IMG/VR virus record: IMGVR_UViG_3300016649_000097
Location: 1 to 64,000 of that record
Reading direction: 5' to 3' (one strand)
Source: a virus
Lineage: Duplodnaviria > Caudoviricetes
Length of the DNA stretch: 64,000 bases
In this document: piece by piece, positions 47,095 through 55,926 of the stretch
Position numbering within the stretch: position 1 is the first letter of the stretch
Layout of the letters: each line of letters starts with the position of its first letter
Program-made: the position numbers and the translations under genes
The notes under the pieces: model-generated
What the model was told of the DNA's origin: nothing
Databases searched by the model: none
What the model saw: only the letters and a program-made list of their open reading frames with translations

Positions 47095-48024
47095 TTACTC
47101 CCTTACTCTATAAGTCGCTGCTCTACGAATAAGTGTCTGTGTATCAGGTAACTCTACTCCATAAGTCTCTTCTGCTTGACGACCCTCATACTCTTTCAAG
47201 TAGTCGTGCATCTTACGAAGCGCGGTAACAGTTCCATACTTCTTACCGGCTTGCCAACGATAGTTATAAAAGTCATCATAACCCTTACCAAATTCACCAA
47301 ATGCAAGTTTGCGAGAACGATGTATGTCCTCAAATAGCATTGCACCATGCTGTAGTGCCTGTTGAACTTTAAATTCTGCATTGCGACGTGCTGCATCATT
47401 AGGTGCAGCCTGTATCTCAGTTAAAGCACGTGAGTATCTTGTAACTATATCTACAGCCATAGTACGGTCCTGTTGCACAGCCTTGTCCCATGCAGGATTG
47501 CTTGGTGCAGAAGACCTACGTGGAAACACGGTCCATTCATTATGCTTTAAATCATATGCTGCATATGGATGTATAGTTCTAATATCAGTAGCACCGGGGT
47601 TCACGTAGAAAGTAACTTCAAAGCCACTCCAGTTTGCTGTCTCTGGATGTAGAAGTTCTCTAAAGTCTTCATTGAGCATCTTGCTAATCTCAACATCAGA
47701 TAGACCTACATACTCTGGATGTGCTTTGCGGAATTGAATGTAGTCAACGCCAATGAGAACATCTAAGTCACGTGGGTCTGGATGCGCTGCCCATTGGTAA
47801 GAAATAGCAGAGCCTGCAATCCATGCGTGTGCCCAAAGGTCTGGGTGTCGGTATTGCTCATTCAAGAATCCGAACAGAAGTTGCAGAATGCCGTTACGCA
47901 CCCAGCCCTTGAGATTAGTACCAGAGAATAGATGCGGGTCTAACTCTTCTTCAGGTTGTGAGAAGTAGGATGTGGCGGAGCGTTGAATCTCCACTGGTCC
48001 TAGCGCATCATCTTGACTGGTCAT
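47095..48024 (-). CDS. Pol-beta superfamily nucleotidyltransferase
   Basis: AGSAISYQW...RDLDVLI, EVTFYV. Confidence 0.75.
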   Translation of the reverse strand: MTSQDDALGPVEIQRSATSYFSQPEEELDPHLFSGTNLKGWVRNGILQLLFGFLNEQYRHPDLWAHAWIAGSAISYQWAAHPDPRDLDVLIGVDYIQFRKAHPEYVGLSDVEISKMLNEDFRELLHPETANWSGFEVTFYVNPGATDIRTIHPYAAYDLKHNEWTVFPRRSSAPSNPAWDKAVQQDRTMAVDIVTRYSRALTEIQAAPNDAARRNAEFKVQQALQHGAMLFEDIHRSRKLAFGEFGKGYDDFYNYRWQAGKKYGTVTALRKMHDYLKEYEGRQAEETYGVELPDTQTLIRRAATYRVRE

Positions 48025-48043
48025 AAGCCAAGTCTATGGCTGT

Positions 48044-48388
48044 TTAGGACTTAGGTGTATCTATGCCCCTATCGGACAGAGCAGACATCAGTCTTTCCCG
48101 TAATTCTTTAGCGGAATCTTGGGGGCGCAAATTCTCAATTACAGTTCTTGCTACCCTATCAGCGAGAATCTGCGAGTCGATATCGTGGGCTATATCCTTA
48201 CAAGTTGTATAGATGTCGAAAGAGTTTGCTTTACGAAGGACTGTGTCACTAGGTTCAGCGACCTGTGTGTTCACACTGCCATCTGTCCCCACGATTACAG
48301 TGTAGGCAAACTCAATCTTCTTTTCTTCTGGTCTGCCTAAGTCTTCCCAAGCCTTTTCTTTCTCGATTGGGTCAATCACTGGTTCCAT
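48044..48388 (-). CDS. Hypothetical protein
   Basis: 114-aa coupled ORF. Confidence 0.7.
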   Translation of the reverse strand: MEPVIDPIEKEKAWEDLGRPEEKKIEFAYTVIVGTDGSVNTQVAEPSDTVLRKANSFDIYTTCKDIAHDIDSQILADRVARTVIENLRPQDSAKELRERLMSALSDRGIDTPKS

Positions 48389-48939
48389 TAAATCATTCCC
48401 ATCAGTTTCTGTTTACGTTCTGCCACCTTTATCGCTACTGGACAAAAATCACATAGGTAAGTCTTTACTCCAGGGGCGTTTTCATAACTCTCTAGCCCCT
48501 CTTTACGACGCTCTTTAATTGTGTTGGGAACAAGCATCTTGTCAGAGTGATGCCAATCGCTACATCCGTCTTTAGGACTGTTATGCGCTTTATAGCATTT
48601 CATTGCTTCTTCCATAAAGGTAGAGCGAGTGTCATAAAAGGTATCGTCAATCTCTGCAAGGCCCTTTGAACCACCCTGCTTTATCTGACGGATTGCATCT
48701 CTGCGAGTTTCTGGGTCACGCCATGCCTTGACTGGAATATCAACAAACAGGTTTCCCTTATGAGGTTCGCCTGATTCAAACACGTGGCGCTCACAGGCAA
48801 CAGCGAGGAGATAGTCTTGGTCTGCAGGACCTTCAAATGGAGGAAGTTCTTCTAAAGAATCACATACCCAGCAATGTAAAAGACGAAAGGTCTCTTTCTT
48901 TTCAACTGGCTTTGACCCAATTAGTGGGACGTTACTCAT
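48388..48939 (-). CDS. Cys/His-rich hypothetical protein
   Basis: HCWVC, C..H, C...H, C..W, CDFCP. Confidence 0.75.
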   Translation of the reverse strand: MSNVPLIGSKPVEKKETFRLLHCWVCDSLEELPPFEGPADQDYLLAVACERHVFESGEPHKGNLFVDIPVKAWRDPETRRDAIRQIKQGGSKGLAEIDDTFYDTRSTFMEEAMKCYKAHNSPKDGCSDWHHSDKMLVPNTIKERRKEGLESYENAPGVKTYLCDFCPVAIKVAERKQKLMGMI

Positions 48940-48947
48940 TGTGCTCC

Positions 48948-49130
48948 TTATGCTGCAACAGTTATTTTACGATGACCTTGGTCATGTCCCAATCTATCAG
49001 TTCTTTTGAGGGAATATCCACAGCAGGATTTCCCTTTCTTTTTATTAACTTTTGGATTCTTTTTCATAGCCTTCCCATTACGGCGTGCGTCGTTACGACC
49101 ACCGCCTCCCTTTCCGCCTTTCTTAGCCAC
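48948..49130 (-). CDS. Small basic protein
   Basis: 60 aa, K/G-rich. Confidence 0.55.
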   Translation of the reverse strand: MAKKGGKGGGGRNDARRNGKAMKKNPKVNKKKGKSCCGYSLKRTDRLGHDQGHRKITVAA

Positions 49131-49402
49131 TAATCTTGTGGATTAATCCAAGCATCAAGACGATGCCCCTCAACAATAGCATGTGCTGGGGCGTGCTTTT
49201 GTCCGCGCCAAGTAATGCCTTCTGGAAGTTTAATCTTTGCGTCGTGTTTACCACGATTTACGGCAGAAATAGCACGCTTAGATGGGCCAAGCATAGAGGA
49301 CGGAACTGGTGGATACAGGTTACTACGAAGATGAGCGAGAAGACCTAAATCTTTGTTCTTGCCCTTCATTGAAGCGTATTCTTCAGCGTGCATACTTCCC
49401 AT
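49130..49402 (-). CDS. Hypothetical protein
   Basis: LLAHLRSNLYPPVP...IKLPEGITWRG...HRLDAW. Confidence 0.7.
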   Translation of the reverse strand: MGSMHAEEYASMKGKNKDLGLLAHLRSNLYPPVPSSMLGPSKRAISAVNRGKHDAKIKLPEGITWRGQKHAPAHAIVEGHRLDAWINPQD

Positions 49403-49404
49403 AG

Positions 49405-49731
49405 TTACTCACCTCTCGCATTATCGTGCGCATCAACAAAGTGCGCATTGATTGAACGTCTAATAGTGTTTTGAAGTCTAGAGGTAGTACTGCTGTATTT
49501 GACCTCTGGAACAACCCAACCCTTTTCTCCAAACCAAGCAACAGGAGTCTGGTAAGACTTCACTACATAAGAAGGTTTGTGTGAGCGCATTTCATCTGCA
49601 ATGTGCGATGGAAGCATGCCGGTTCCATGACCTACATCTTCAATGCCACCACCACGGCTGCTAGGACCCACGAAAGGCTCTCTTGCTGTTACGGCCTCTC
49701 CTACATTTCTATGTGTGACTCTTCTAGCCAT
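49405..49731 (-). CDS. Hypothetical protein
   Basis: YVVKSYQTPVAWF...YSSTTSRLQN. Confidence 0.7.
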   Translation of the reverse strand: MARRVTHRNVGEAVTAREPFVGPSSRGGGIEDVGHGTGMLPSHIADEMRSHKPSYVVKSYQTPVAWFGEKGWVVPEVKYSSTTSRLQNTIRRSINAHFVDAHDNARGE

Positions 49732-49733
49732 GA

Positions 49734-49937
49734 TTACTCACCTCTACGTCTTGGATTATTAGCACGGTCTGGAACAGAATTTGGATTGCCCTTTATGTTT
49801 CCGTAACTTACGGGAATTCCAATTCCTCTTGACAAATAATCCATTGCCTTTTGTGATTTTAATGGAACTTTTTTACCAGAATATCTTGGATTTTGATATC
49901 TAGAAGTTGGGTCTTCAAACTCTTCAATCTTAGCCAT
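49734..49937 (-). CDS. Small disordered protein
   Basis: 67-aa coupled ORF. Confidence 0.6.
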   Translation of the reverse strand: MAKIEEFEDPTSRYQNPRYSGKKVPLKSQKAMDYLSRGIGIPVSYGNIKGNPNSVPDRANNPRRRGE

Positions 49938-50140
49938 TATTTACCTGGATTCACTTTGTTTGGATATTCAGAAGTAATGAAGCCATATCCATAAAATGGA
50001 TGTAGTGACTGACGGTTAGCCTCAGTTGCAGAAGTATTCATTGCGTTTTCTTCTGTATCAGGGCGAACTTTACGGTACTTGCCGTCTGTCGCTCCATCAT
50101 TGAGAGACTTGTTCATTGAGCGTGATGAGTTGACTGCCAT
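49937..50140 (-). CDS. Small hypothetical protein
   Basis: MAVNSSRSMNKSL...YRKVRPD. Confidence 0.65.
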   Translation of the reverse strand: MAVNSSRSMNKSLNDGATDGKYRKVRPDTEENAMNTSATEANRQSLHPFYGYGFITSEYPNKVNPGK

Positions 50141-50142
50141 GT

Positions 50143-50499
50143 TTAACTACCCATCTTTCTAAATTTTGCTTGTCTTCTTGCATCTTGTGCTTCTCTTTTT
50201 GCCTTGTATTTTGCTACACCTGCTTCATACCTAGCATTTGCTCTTTTTTCATAATCTTCAGCCCAAGCAACTTTCTTTTGAGCACGTGCTTCTGCTTTTG
50301 AACCTTTAACAACAGTCTTTTTTGGTCTAAATCCTAAAGAGGCTTCTCCAAGTAACACGGTTCCAACTCTAGAAATATTCTCTACTTCAGTTGTTTCTTT
50401 CTTAGGAGCGGCTTTAATACCGCCTGCCTTTGCAACAGCCTCTACTGCAGGGTTTTTAAATTTAGGTGCTGATTTACGACGGTCATTCCATCCAATCAT
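50143..50499 (-). CDS. Basic hypothetical protein
   Basis: 118 aa, K/A-rich. Confidence 0.65.
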   Translation of the reverse strand: MIGWNDRRKSAPKFKNPAVEAVAKAGGIKAAPKKETTEVENISRVGTVLLGEASLGFRPKKTVVKGSKAEARAQKKVAWAEDYEKRANARYEAGVAKYKAKREAQDARRQAKFRKMGS

Positions 50500-50699
50500 T
50501 GCATTAATTCCTTTGCTCTTTTATGGCGCTTCTCTGTCACACACCCAGTGCAGTGCCCTTGGTTCGTTAGAAATTCTACAGGGTTAATTACCATCCCACA
50601 GGTCGGACATGAGGAAGAACCGTGGTAAAGGGTAAGGTTATCTGCAACCTTTTTAGCCTGTAATTCCATAGTTAAGGCGCCATCGCCATCGTCAGCCAT
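50496..50699 (-). CDS. Small Zn-ribbon protein
   Basis: CPTCG...CTGC. Confidence 0.7.
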   Translation of the reverse strand: MADDGDGALTMELQAKKVADNLTLYHGSSSCPTCGMVINPVEFLTNQGHCTGCVTEKRHKRAKELMQ

Positions 50700-50895
50700 T
50701 ATTCATCTCCCTACGCATTCTGGATTCAAATAGTACTTTTGAAAGAAGGTTAGCCCCTGGACTAGTCGCCTTATACATAGGAAAGTATCCCTCAAATTGA
50801 GAAACGGGTACGGCTGAAGCACGCATTACTGCGCCATGTTGTTCTGCTTTTGACATTCCTCCTTCAGACAGGAAGTCAGAGGATTCATCTGCCAT
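50692..50895 (-). CDS. Small hypothetical protein
   Basis: 67-aa coupled ORF. Confidence 0.6.
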   Translation of the reverse strand: MADESSDFLSEGGMSKAEQHGAVMRASAVPVSQFEGYFPMYKATSPGANLLSKVLFESRMRREMNNG

Positions 50896-50900
50896 TGGTA

Positions 50901-51260
50901 CTACTCACTTCCTAACGTGTTTCTAGAAGCACCAGTGTATCCCGCAGGGCTTCCTGAGTACCAGGAAATGCGTGGCTCTACATAGGTCCTATCAACTGTA
51001 ACAACATCATCTATGCCTGGAACATCTCGGTTATATCCATACCGCTCAGGGAATAGCCGTATCTGAGGTAATGGAGGACGAACCATTGCTGAGATTTCTG
51101 CTCCAGGAATAGTTGCAACCATAAGTGCTTGGGATGTTAGGCGCTCCATATTTGATGACCAGGGTCCGTTGTATTGCCAACGCTTTGCTACTTGGTCAGG
51201 TTGAACAGGTGCACGCCATGGCTTTGTGTAGTCGTAAACACCATCATATTTTTGTGTCAT
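50901..51260 (-). CDS. Hypothetical protein
   Basis: 119 aa, P/W-rich. Confidence 0.7.
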   Translation of the reverse strand: MTQKYDGVYDYTKPWRAPVQPDQVAKRWQYNGPWSSNMERLTSQALMVATIPGAEISAMVRPPLPQIRLFPERYGYNRDVPGIDDVVTVDRTYVEPRISWYSGSPAGYTGASRNTLGSE

Positions 51261-51910
51261 AACGACCCCCTATGCGCTACCCAAGAAACTGCTTGTGCTT
51301 TATTTGGAATATCTACGCCCAAATTTTCTGCAGCATGCTTATAAGCCTGTACAAAGTGTTGGTAACGACCATATGCACTTAATCCAATATCAGGAGACAT
51401 TTTTCCTCCACCACCACGTGGTGTGCTCTTTCTTCCTGTGCCAACAAAAGGATGCCCCATAGCGATATCGTATGCATGACGGTCAATTGTTACTGGTTCT
51501 TTGTTACTTGGGTCATGTATGTTTTCAAAAAAGTTAGTTACTTTATGTCCACCCAACACATCACGGGGGTCTTGACCAGCCATAATTTTTTGTGCTTTTT
51601 CTACATTTTGTGGAATAAGAGCGCTACGAACTGTCCCTGTTTTGCGCATTTCATGAGCCTCTGCAACATTTCTGTTCCAGTCACTTAAAGGAGATAGTGC
51701 AGCAATTATTCCTGCGCCTTTTTTAACATCTCCTCCACCAACCTTCTTAGCCTCTTCATGAGCGCGTTCATACCAAGAAGAGCCACCTTTTAGTAGTTCA
51801 GGACTGGCTTCTTTGTATTTATTCATTATGTTCTGTATATGCACATGAAATTGGGCTTGAGCAAGGTTTGCATCCCATCTTCCATGTTCATTTACACCAA
51901 AAAACTTCAT
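51257..51910 (-). CDS. Helical HhH-glycosylase-like phage protein (DUF7178-like) with NLAQAQF tag
   Basis: WYERAH, AGIIAALSP..W..N, KVTNF, VTIDRHA, AQAVSW. Confidence 0.6.
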   Translation of the reverse strand: MKFFGVNEHGRWDANLAQAQFHVHIQNIMNKYKEASPELLKGGSSWYERAHEEAKKVGGGDVKKGAGIIAALSPLSDWNRNVAEAHEMRKTGTVRSALIPQNVEKAQKIMAGQDPRDVLGGHKVTNFFENIHDPSNKEPVTIDRHAYDIAMGHPFVGTGRKSTPRGGGGKMSPDIGLSAYGRYQHFVQAYKHAAENLGVDIPNKAQAVSWVAHRGSL

Positions 51911-52443
51911 TATCGCCACGCTGGTTTCAAATAAGCCAACATATTTTGGCGACGAACATCAATTTCACCTGGCGCTGTAGAAACAAGATTTGATTTACCA
52001 TCATTTACCAGATGTGGAGCAGGAGTTAACTGTGTTTGTGGAGCAAATCGAGTTGAACGATAGAGTGTTGCTCCGCTACTAGTATCAACCTTTGCCATCA
52101 TCTGACGACGAATACCCATATCTGGATTGAACTCTTCAGGCCAGTAGTACATAGAAGGCTCAATACGCTCGCCTTTATGAACACCACGTTGATACGCCTT
52201 TTGATTTACGCGACTCTTTACTGAGTCAAGAAGCCTGTCATCACGACGAGAACGTATGGTTCCAAGATAGCCATCAGGATATTCTGCAGAAGGAACACGA
52301 CCAACACCAATGCGTAACGCATCCATGGTGTCGTGTGCAACAGGAGTTCCGGCACCACCTTGGTTGTTATAGCCATAGAAGCCACCAGCACCTAACGATT
52401 GCCAATTCTGATTGGCTGAAAAATTATTAGAACCTGTAGGCAT
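51910..52443 (-). CDS. Hypothetical protein
   Basis: 177 aa; EYPDGYLGTIRSRR. Confidence 0.7.
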   Translation of the reverse strand: MPTGSNNFSANQNWQSLGAGGFYGYNNQGGAGTPVAHDTMDALRIGVGRVPSAEYPDGYLGTIRSRRDDRLLDSVKSRVNQKAYQRGVHKGERIEPSMYYWPEEFNPDMGIRRQMMAKVDTSSGATLYRSTRFAPQTQLTPAPHLVNDGKSNLVSTAPGEIDVRRQNMLAYLKPAWR

Positions 52444-53054
52444 TAGCGTTTTCTCCTGTTCTTAGAGATAGTTGCTAATACCTCGTTTAATGTAACTGGC
52501 ACAGTCCTTCCAGTTTTGTTTCTACGAGTTGCACCACGATTTACATGGGCTAAATCAACACGGTCATTCTTTTTTGGTTTAGGAGCCAGTCTTTCATACT
52601 CACTTGTTGTGTGAGAAGTTTGACGCCATCTCCAGTCTGGATTTACACCAGGAACATCTCTGTCAAAGTAAACATTTCCACCTTCAGGATGAAGGTAGTC
52701 AACACCGTGTTCTTCTTGTCCTTTACCTAAATCCCAGCCAGCGATTTGTCTATTACCAGTTCCAGCAGTACGGGCTTCTCCAAGAGTTTCATATTTACGA
52801 CTCTTATCTTGGAATATTACTCCGCCCTGTTTCCAACCACCATGTGCCTCTGGTTCTTCAGCAGATGGCTCGTGCTTTTCAAAATACTCTTTTGCCTGTT
52901 CTGGAGTCAAGGGAGGAGCGCTTCTTTCTTGGGCGCCTTCTTCAGAAACCATAACCCCAGGTCCTTCAACTTTTTCTTTACCACGAAATGTACGGGAAGC
53001 ACCACCAACGTTAGGGTCGTTTACTAAGTCTGCAAATTCAGAATGGCTAATCAT
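52443..53054 (-). CDS. Hypothetical protein
   Basis: GVMVS...GGW...DKS...EA...G..NRQIAGWDL. Confidence 0.7.
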   Translation of the reverse strand: MISHSEFADLVNDPNVGGASRTFRGKEKVEGPGVMVSEEGAQERSAPPLTPEQAKEYFEKHEPSAEEPEAHGGWKQGGVIFQDKSRKYETLGEARTAGTGNRQIAGWDLGKGQEEHGVDYLHPEGGNVYFDRDVPGVNPDWRWRQTSHTTSEYERLAPKPKKNDRVDLAHVNRGATRRNKTGRTVPVTLNEVLATISKNRRKR

Positions 53055-53262
53055 TTACTTCACCAAATCCTGTCAGTGCAACGTTGCCATACTCATCTGT
53101 GTCATACACAAGGGATACCTCTGCTGGTATCTCATCGTCTGTTTCTAGTGTTAGAACTGCCTTATCCCCATCTACTACGATGTCCTGTACTACAAAAGAT
53201 TGAGGTAGGTCTAACATAAATTCTAAAGTTTTTAAATCTACGTGTGCCTTTACTGTACTCAT
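53047..53262 (-). CDS. Small acidic protein
   Basis: 71-aa coupled ORF. Confidence 0.6.
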   Translation of the reverse strand: MSTVKAHVDLKTLEFMLDLPQSFVVQDIVVDGDKAVLTLETDDEIPAEVSLVYDTDEYGNVALTGFGEVND

Positions 53263-53990
53263 GATTTGAACCCTTTTAGCATTTTATCGTGCGCCATTTT
53301 TGCTTCTTGTGTTGCTTTATGAAACTCTGCACGACGACCAATGGGAGTAATAAGTCCTGAAGACTTTAGCACTGCAACCTTTTGTTCAGGGAATTCGCCC
53401 TTGCGGTCACCGTAATTCAAAAGACTGTTTTGACCACGAGTCTCCGTAGCCATAGCAGGACGAGCCATTGGACTAAACATTGCATAGTGACTGCGGAAGG
53501 CTGCCTCTTCACCATGCGGGTCAAATCCACGACCAGTTGCAGCGTGACCAAAGAAATCATGAACTGCACGGAACATATCGTTCTCGTCATGTGAAAAATA
53601 TGGATGACCGCCTGTGGACGCTGTTGAAAACACTTTAAATCTTCCTTGACCAGCATCTTGCATCATATGTGCGGCTTTTGCATATGGGTCATCTTTTGTA
53701 ACTGAAACGTCAACGCCAAGACCACCCTTTGAACGAGGACGAGTCATATAATCATATTGACGTTTTGTTTCTTCTGCCATTGCCTTGTAATGAGGTACGG
53801 CTTTAGGGTCAAACGAAGGGGCTTCTTGGTATTCACGAGCAATCTTTTGTGCTTGAGGAATATTTACAACGACATTATCAAAACGATTAGGACGCACAAG
53901 TCCCATGTCTTTTGCGTAGCGTGCCGCTCCTTCTGCCGCTAAAGGTACAGCGACATTCCTCCCAACACTGAACTCTTCATTTCTTGCCAT
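53259..53990 (-). CDS. Putative zincin-like metallopeptidase
   Basis: NDMFRAVHDFFGH...GEE; start ATG 53990. Confidence 0.6.
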   Translation of the reverse strand: MARNEEFSVGRNVAVPLAAEGAARYAKDMGLVRPNRFDNVVVNIPQAQKIAREYQEAPSFDPKAVPHYKAMAEETKRQYDYMTRPRSKGGLGVDVSVTKDDPYAKAAHMMQDAGQGRFKVFSTASTGGHPYFSHDENDMFRAVHDFFGHAATGRGFDPHGEEAAFRSHYAMFSPMARPAMATETRGQNSLLNYGDRKGEFPEQKVAVLKSSGLITPIGRRAEFHKATQEAKMAHDKMLKGFKS

Positions 53991-53997
53991 TGCATCC

Positions 53998-54237
53998 TTA
54001 TTGTTTATCAGAGCGTGGAATTGAAGGAGCCGAAGAAGAACCGTCATCAAAACTGTAGACAGAACCAGCGCTACGTCTTGAATATGGAAGAGGTGCTCCT
54101 CTTCCCATTTCACGGGTCTGCCAAGCAGTGCGTTGCTCGTATGTTCCACGAGTAGACGCACCTAATGACATTGGTGCTGGATAACTTGCGGGTCTACGCT
54201 CGTCGTCGTCACCAAATTCAACTGCTGAACGTGGCAC
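53998..54237 (-). CDS. Small disordered protein
   Basis: 79-aa ORF. Confidence 0.6.
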   Translation of the reverse strand: MPRSAVEFGDDDERRPASYPAPMSLGASTRGTYEQRTAWQTREMGRGAPLPYSRRSAGSVYSFDDGSSSAPSIPRSDKQ

Positions 54238-54239
54238 TA

Positions 54240-54701
54240 CTACTCCCTTGAGTCAGACATCCCGTAATTAAAATCAGGTGCTTGCTTTCCTGATACGGAG
54301 CGAACTGTCTTTGCATTTGCAAGAGTTGCAGAAGCCTCAACAGAATGAACTCCTGGGAACTTTGCACCAACAACATATCGAGCACCTAAACGCTCGGACT
54401 GTGATGCAGAACCTGCAGGAATGTTTTTGCGGTTAGCCTTATTTGGAACTATTGGGTCTGCTGCCTGCTTGTTTCCTTTTGGCATCAACTTACCCTTTAG
54501 TGGCTTTGCACTTACATTTGTTACACCTGAGTAGTCCATGCCTACATAACGGCGTGGGCTTGCTGAATGAGCAGCAGAAGCAAGAACTTCTTCTGGTGTG
54601 TCAATATTTCTGTTTTTCATGTTACCTACCGATTCAAAGTGATTGGATGGAGCACCCATGCGTCGACGCATTGCGTGGTCCATATCTGCCCAATTTGCCA
54701 T
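54240..54701 (-). CDS. Disordered hypothetical protein
   Basis: 153-aa ORF with GGGAG RBS. Confidence 0.65.
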   Translation of the reverse strand: MANWADMDHAMRRRMGAPSNHFESVGNMKNRNIDTPEEVLASAAHSASPRRYVGMDYSGVTNVSAKPLKGKLMPKGNKQAADPIVPNKANRKNIPAGSASQSERLGARYVVGAKFPGVHSVEASATLANAKTVRSVSGKQAPDFNYGMSDSRE

Positions 54702-54739
54702 AGAGAGACTCCCTTGTTCAGTACAAGGATACGACTGTT

Positions 54740-55027
54740 TTAGTTGGCTGTAATGGCGAATACGATGGCGGAAATCTCGCCATCCCTGCTCTCAATCGTG
54801 GTAAACCCTGGCTTACAAGTCAGGTCCATGCCACGAGGAGCGACATAGCCACGAGAGATAGCGATTGCCTTTACTGCCTGATTTACGGCTCCAGCACCTA
54901 CAGCACGAATTTTTACCTCGTGCTTTTCATAGATAGCGTGAGCAATTGCAGATGCAACGCTTTGTGGATTGGATGATGCGCTTACTCTTAGAAATGCTTC
55001 TTCAGTAGAGGTTACTTCTGTAGACAC
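54740..55027 (-). CDS. spoVS: SpoVS-family (Alba-like fold) protein
   Basis: LRVSASSNPQSVASAIA...IRAVGAGAVNQAVKAIAISRGYVAP.G.DL...PGF. Confidence 0.9.
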   Translation of the reverse strand: MSTEVTSTEEAFLRVSASSNPQSVASAIAHAIYEKHEVKIRAVGAGAVNQAVKAIAISRGYVAPRGMDLTCKPGFTTIESRDGEISAIVFAITAN

Positions 55028-55082
55028 GATTATTAGTCCTTTGGTTCCGATGTAGTGCCACTCCTAGGGCAAAATGGTAGGA

Positions 55083-55661
55083 CTAATCTCGTCGTTGGTC
55101 TCGGTATTTACTATCCTGCATTTGCATAACTACAGATTCCTCTACCTTGTCGGTAAAGATATCGGCAGCCAGCCTTGCTAGAGCGTAAGAATCGGCAGCG
55201 TTATCATCGTTAAACTCGACTCCCCATCTCTTGTACATCTGTAGGAGCATCTCCTGCTTCTTGGCATTTCCCTTACCTGCTGCGTATTTCTTTAGGGTCA
55301 TAGGAGGAACCATTACTGGAAATTTAGTATCGTCATCAAAGTAGTCATAGATGGTCAGTTTTACTAGGGCCGATAGTTCTCCAAGAACCAAGGCAGAGTG
55401 ACTAGCAAGAACCGTACCTTCCATTGCAATCTTTTGTATTGGATGATTTTCTGAGATGTAATCAAAATGGTCAAACAAGAACTGTCGAATATCGACAAGA
55501 CGTTCTACTCCAAAATATGGAGACTTGTACACCCAAGTCATGTACTGCTTAGGGTCAGACACAGCCAATGCTGTAAACGCAAAACCAGTTAATGACTGGT
55601 CTATCCCTATAGCAACTAATAAGTCTTTTTCTAAGCCTGCATCAATCGACTTGGTTGGCAC
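55083..55661 (-). CDS. RuvC-like Holliday junction resolvase
   Basis: IGIDQSLTG, IAMEG, LGEL, GNAKK, DNAADSYAL. Confidence 0.85.
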   Translation of the reverse strand: MPTKSIDAGLEKDLLVAIGIDQSLTGFAFTALAVSDPKQYMTWVYKSPYFGVERLVDIRQFLFDHFDYISENHPIQKIAMEGTVLASHSALVLGELSALVKLTIYDYFDDDTKFPVMVPPMTLKKYAAGKGNAKKQEMLLQMYKRWGVEFNDDNAADSYALARLAADIFTDKVEESVVMQMQDSKYRDQRRD

Positions 55662-55926
55662 GGCGTTCTCTTTCAGTAATGACCATGTCTACAGTTCCAA
55701 GATACCCAGCGCCGTCTACCAAGTTATCCCTCTTGTGCTTGTAAACTTCTCGTGCAATCTTGACCCATGCCATGGCAAGGCCTACTTGCTCTTCAGTAAT
55801 CTCTATTCCAAAGATTACTTCCCAACCCTTCTTTATCCTTTTAAAGTTATCAAGAGGATGGTCGTATGAAGAATTTCTCTCATTGTTTATGAGTTGATGT
55901 GCTTCTGGCAAAATCGGTTCACTCAT
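55642..55926 (-). CDS. MazG-like/DUF6378-type nucleotide pyrophosphohydrolase-fold protein
   Basis: RNSSYDHPLDNFKRI...W...VKIAR...DNLVDGAGY. Confidence 0.7.
   Translation of the reverse strand: MSEPILPEAHQLINNERNSSYDHPLDNFKRIKKGWEVIFGIEITEEQVGLAMAWVKIAREVYKHKRDNLVDGAGYLGTVDMVITERERRANQVD

Noticed and set aside
53991-54161. Extended 5' part of the 300-aa ORF in the track (similar extensions at 28289-28345, 35794-35955, 38658-38828, 39276-39401, 24797-24958)
   Set aside because: They overlap upstream genes; internal starts with an RBS or stop/start coupling fit better.
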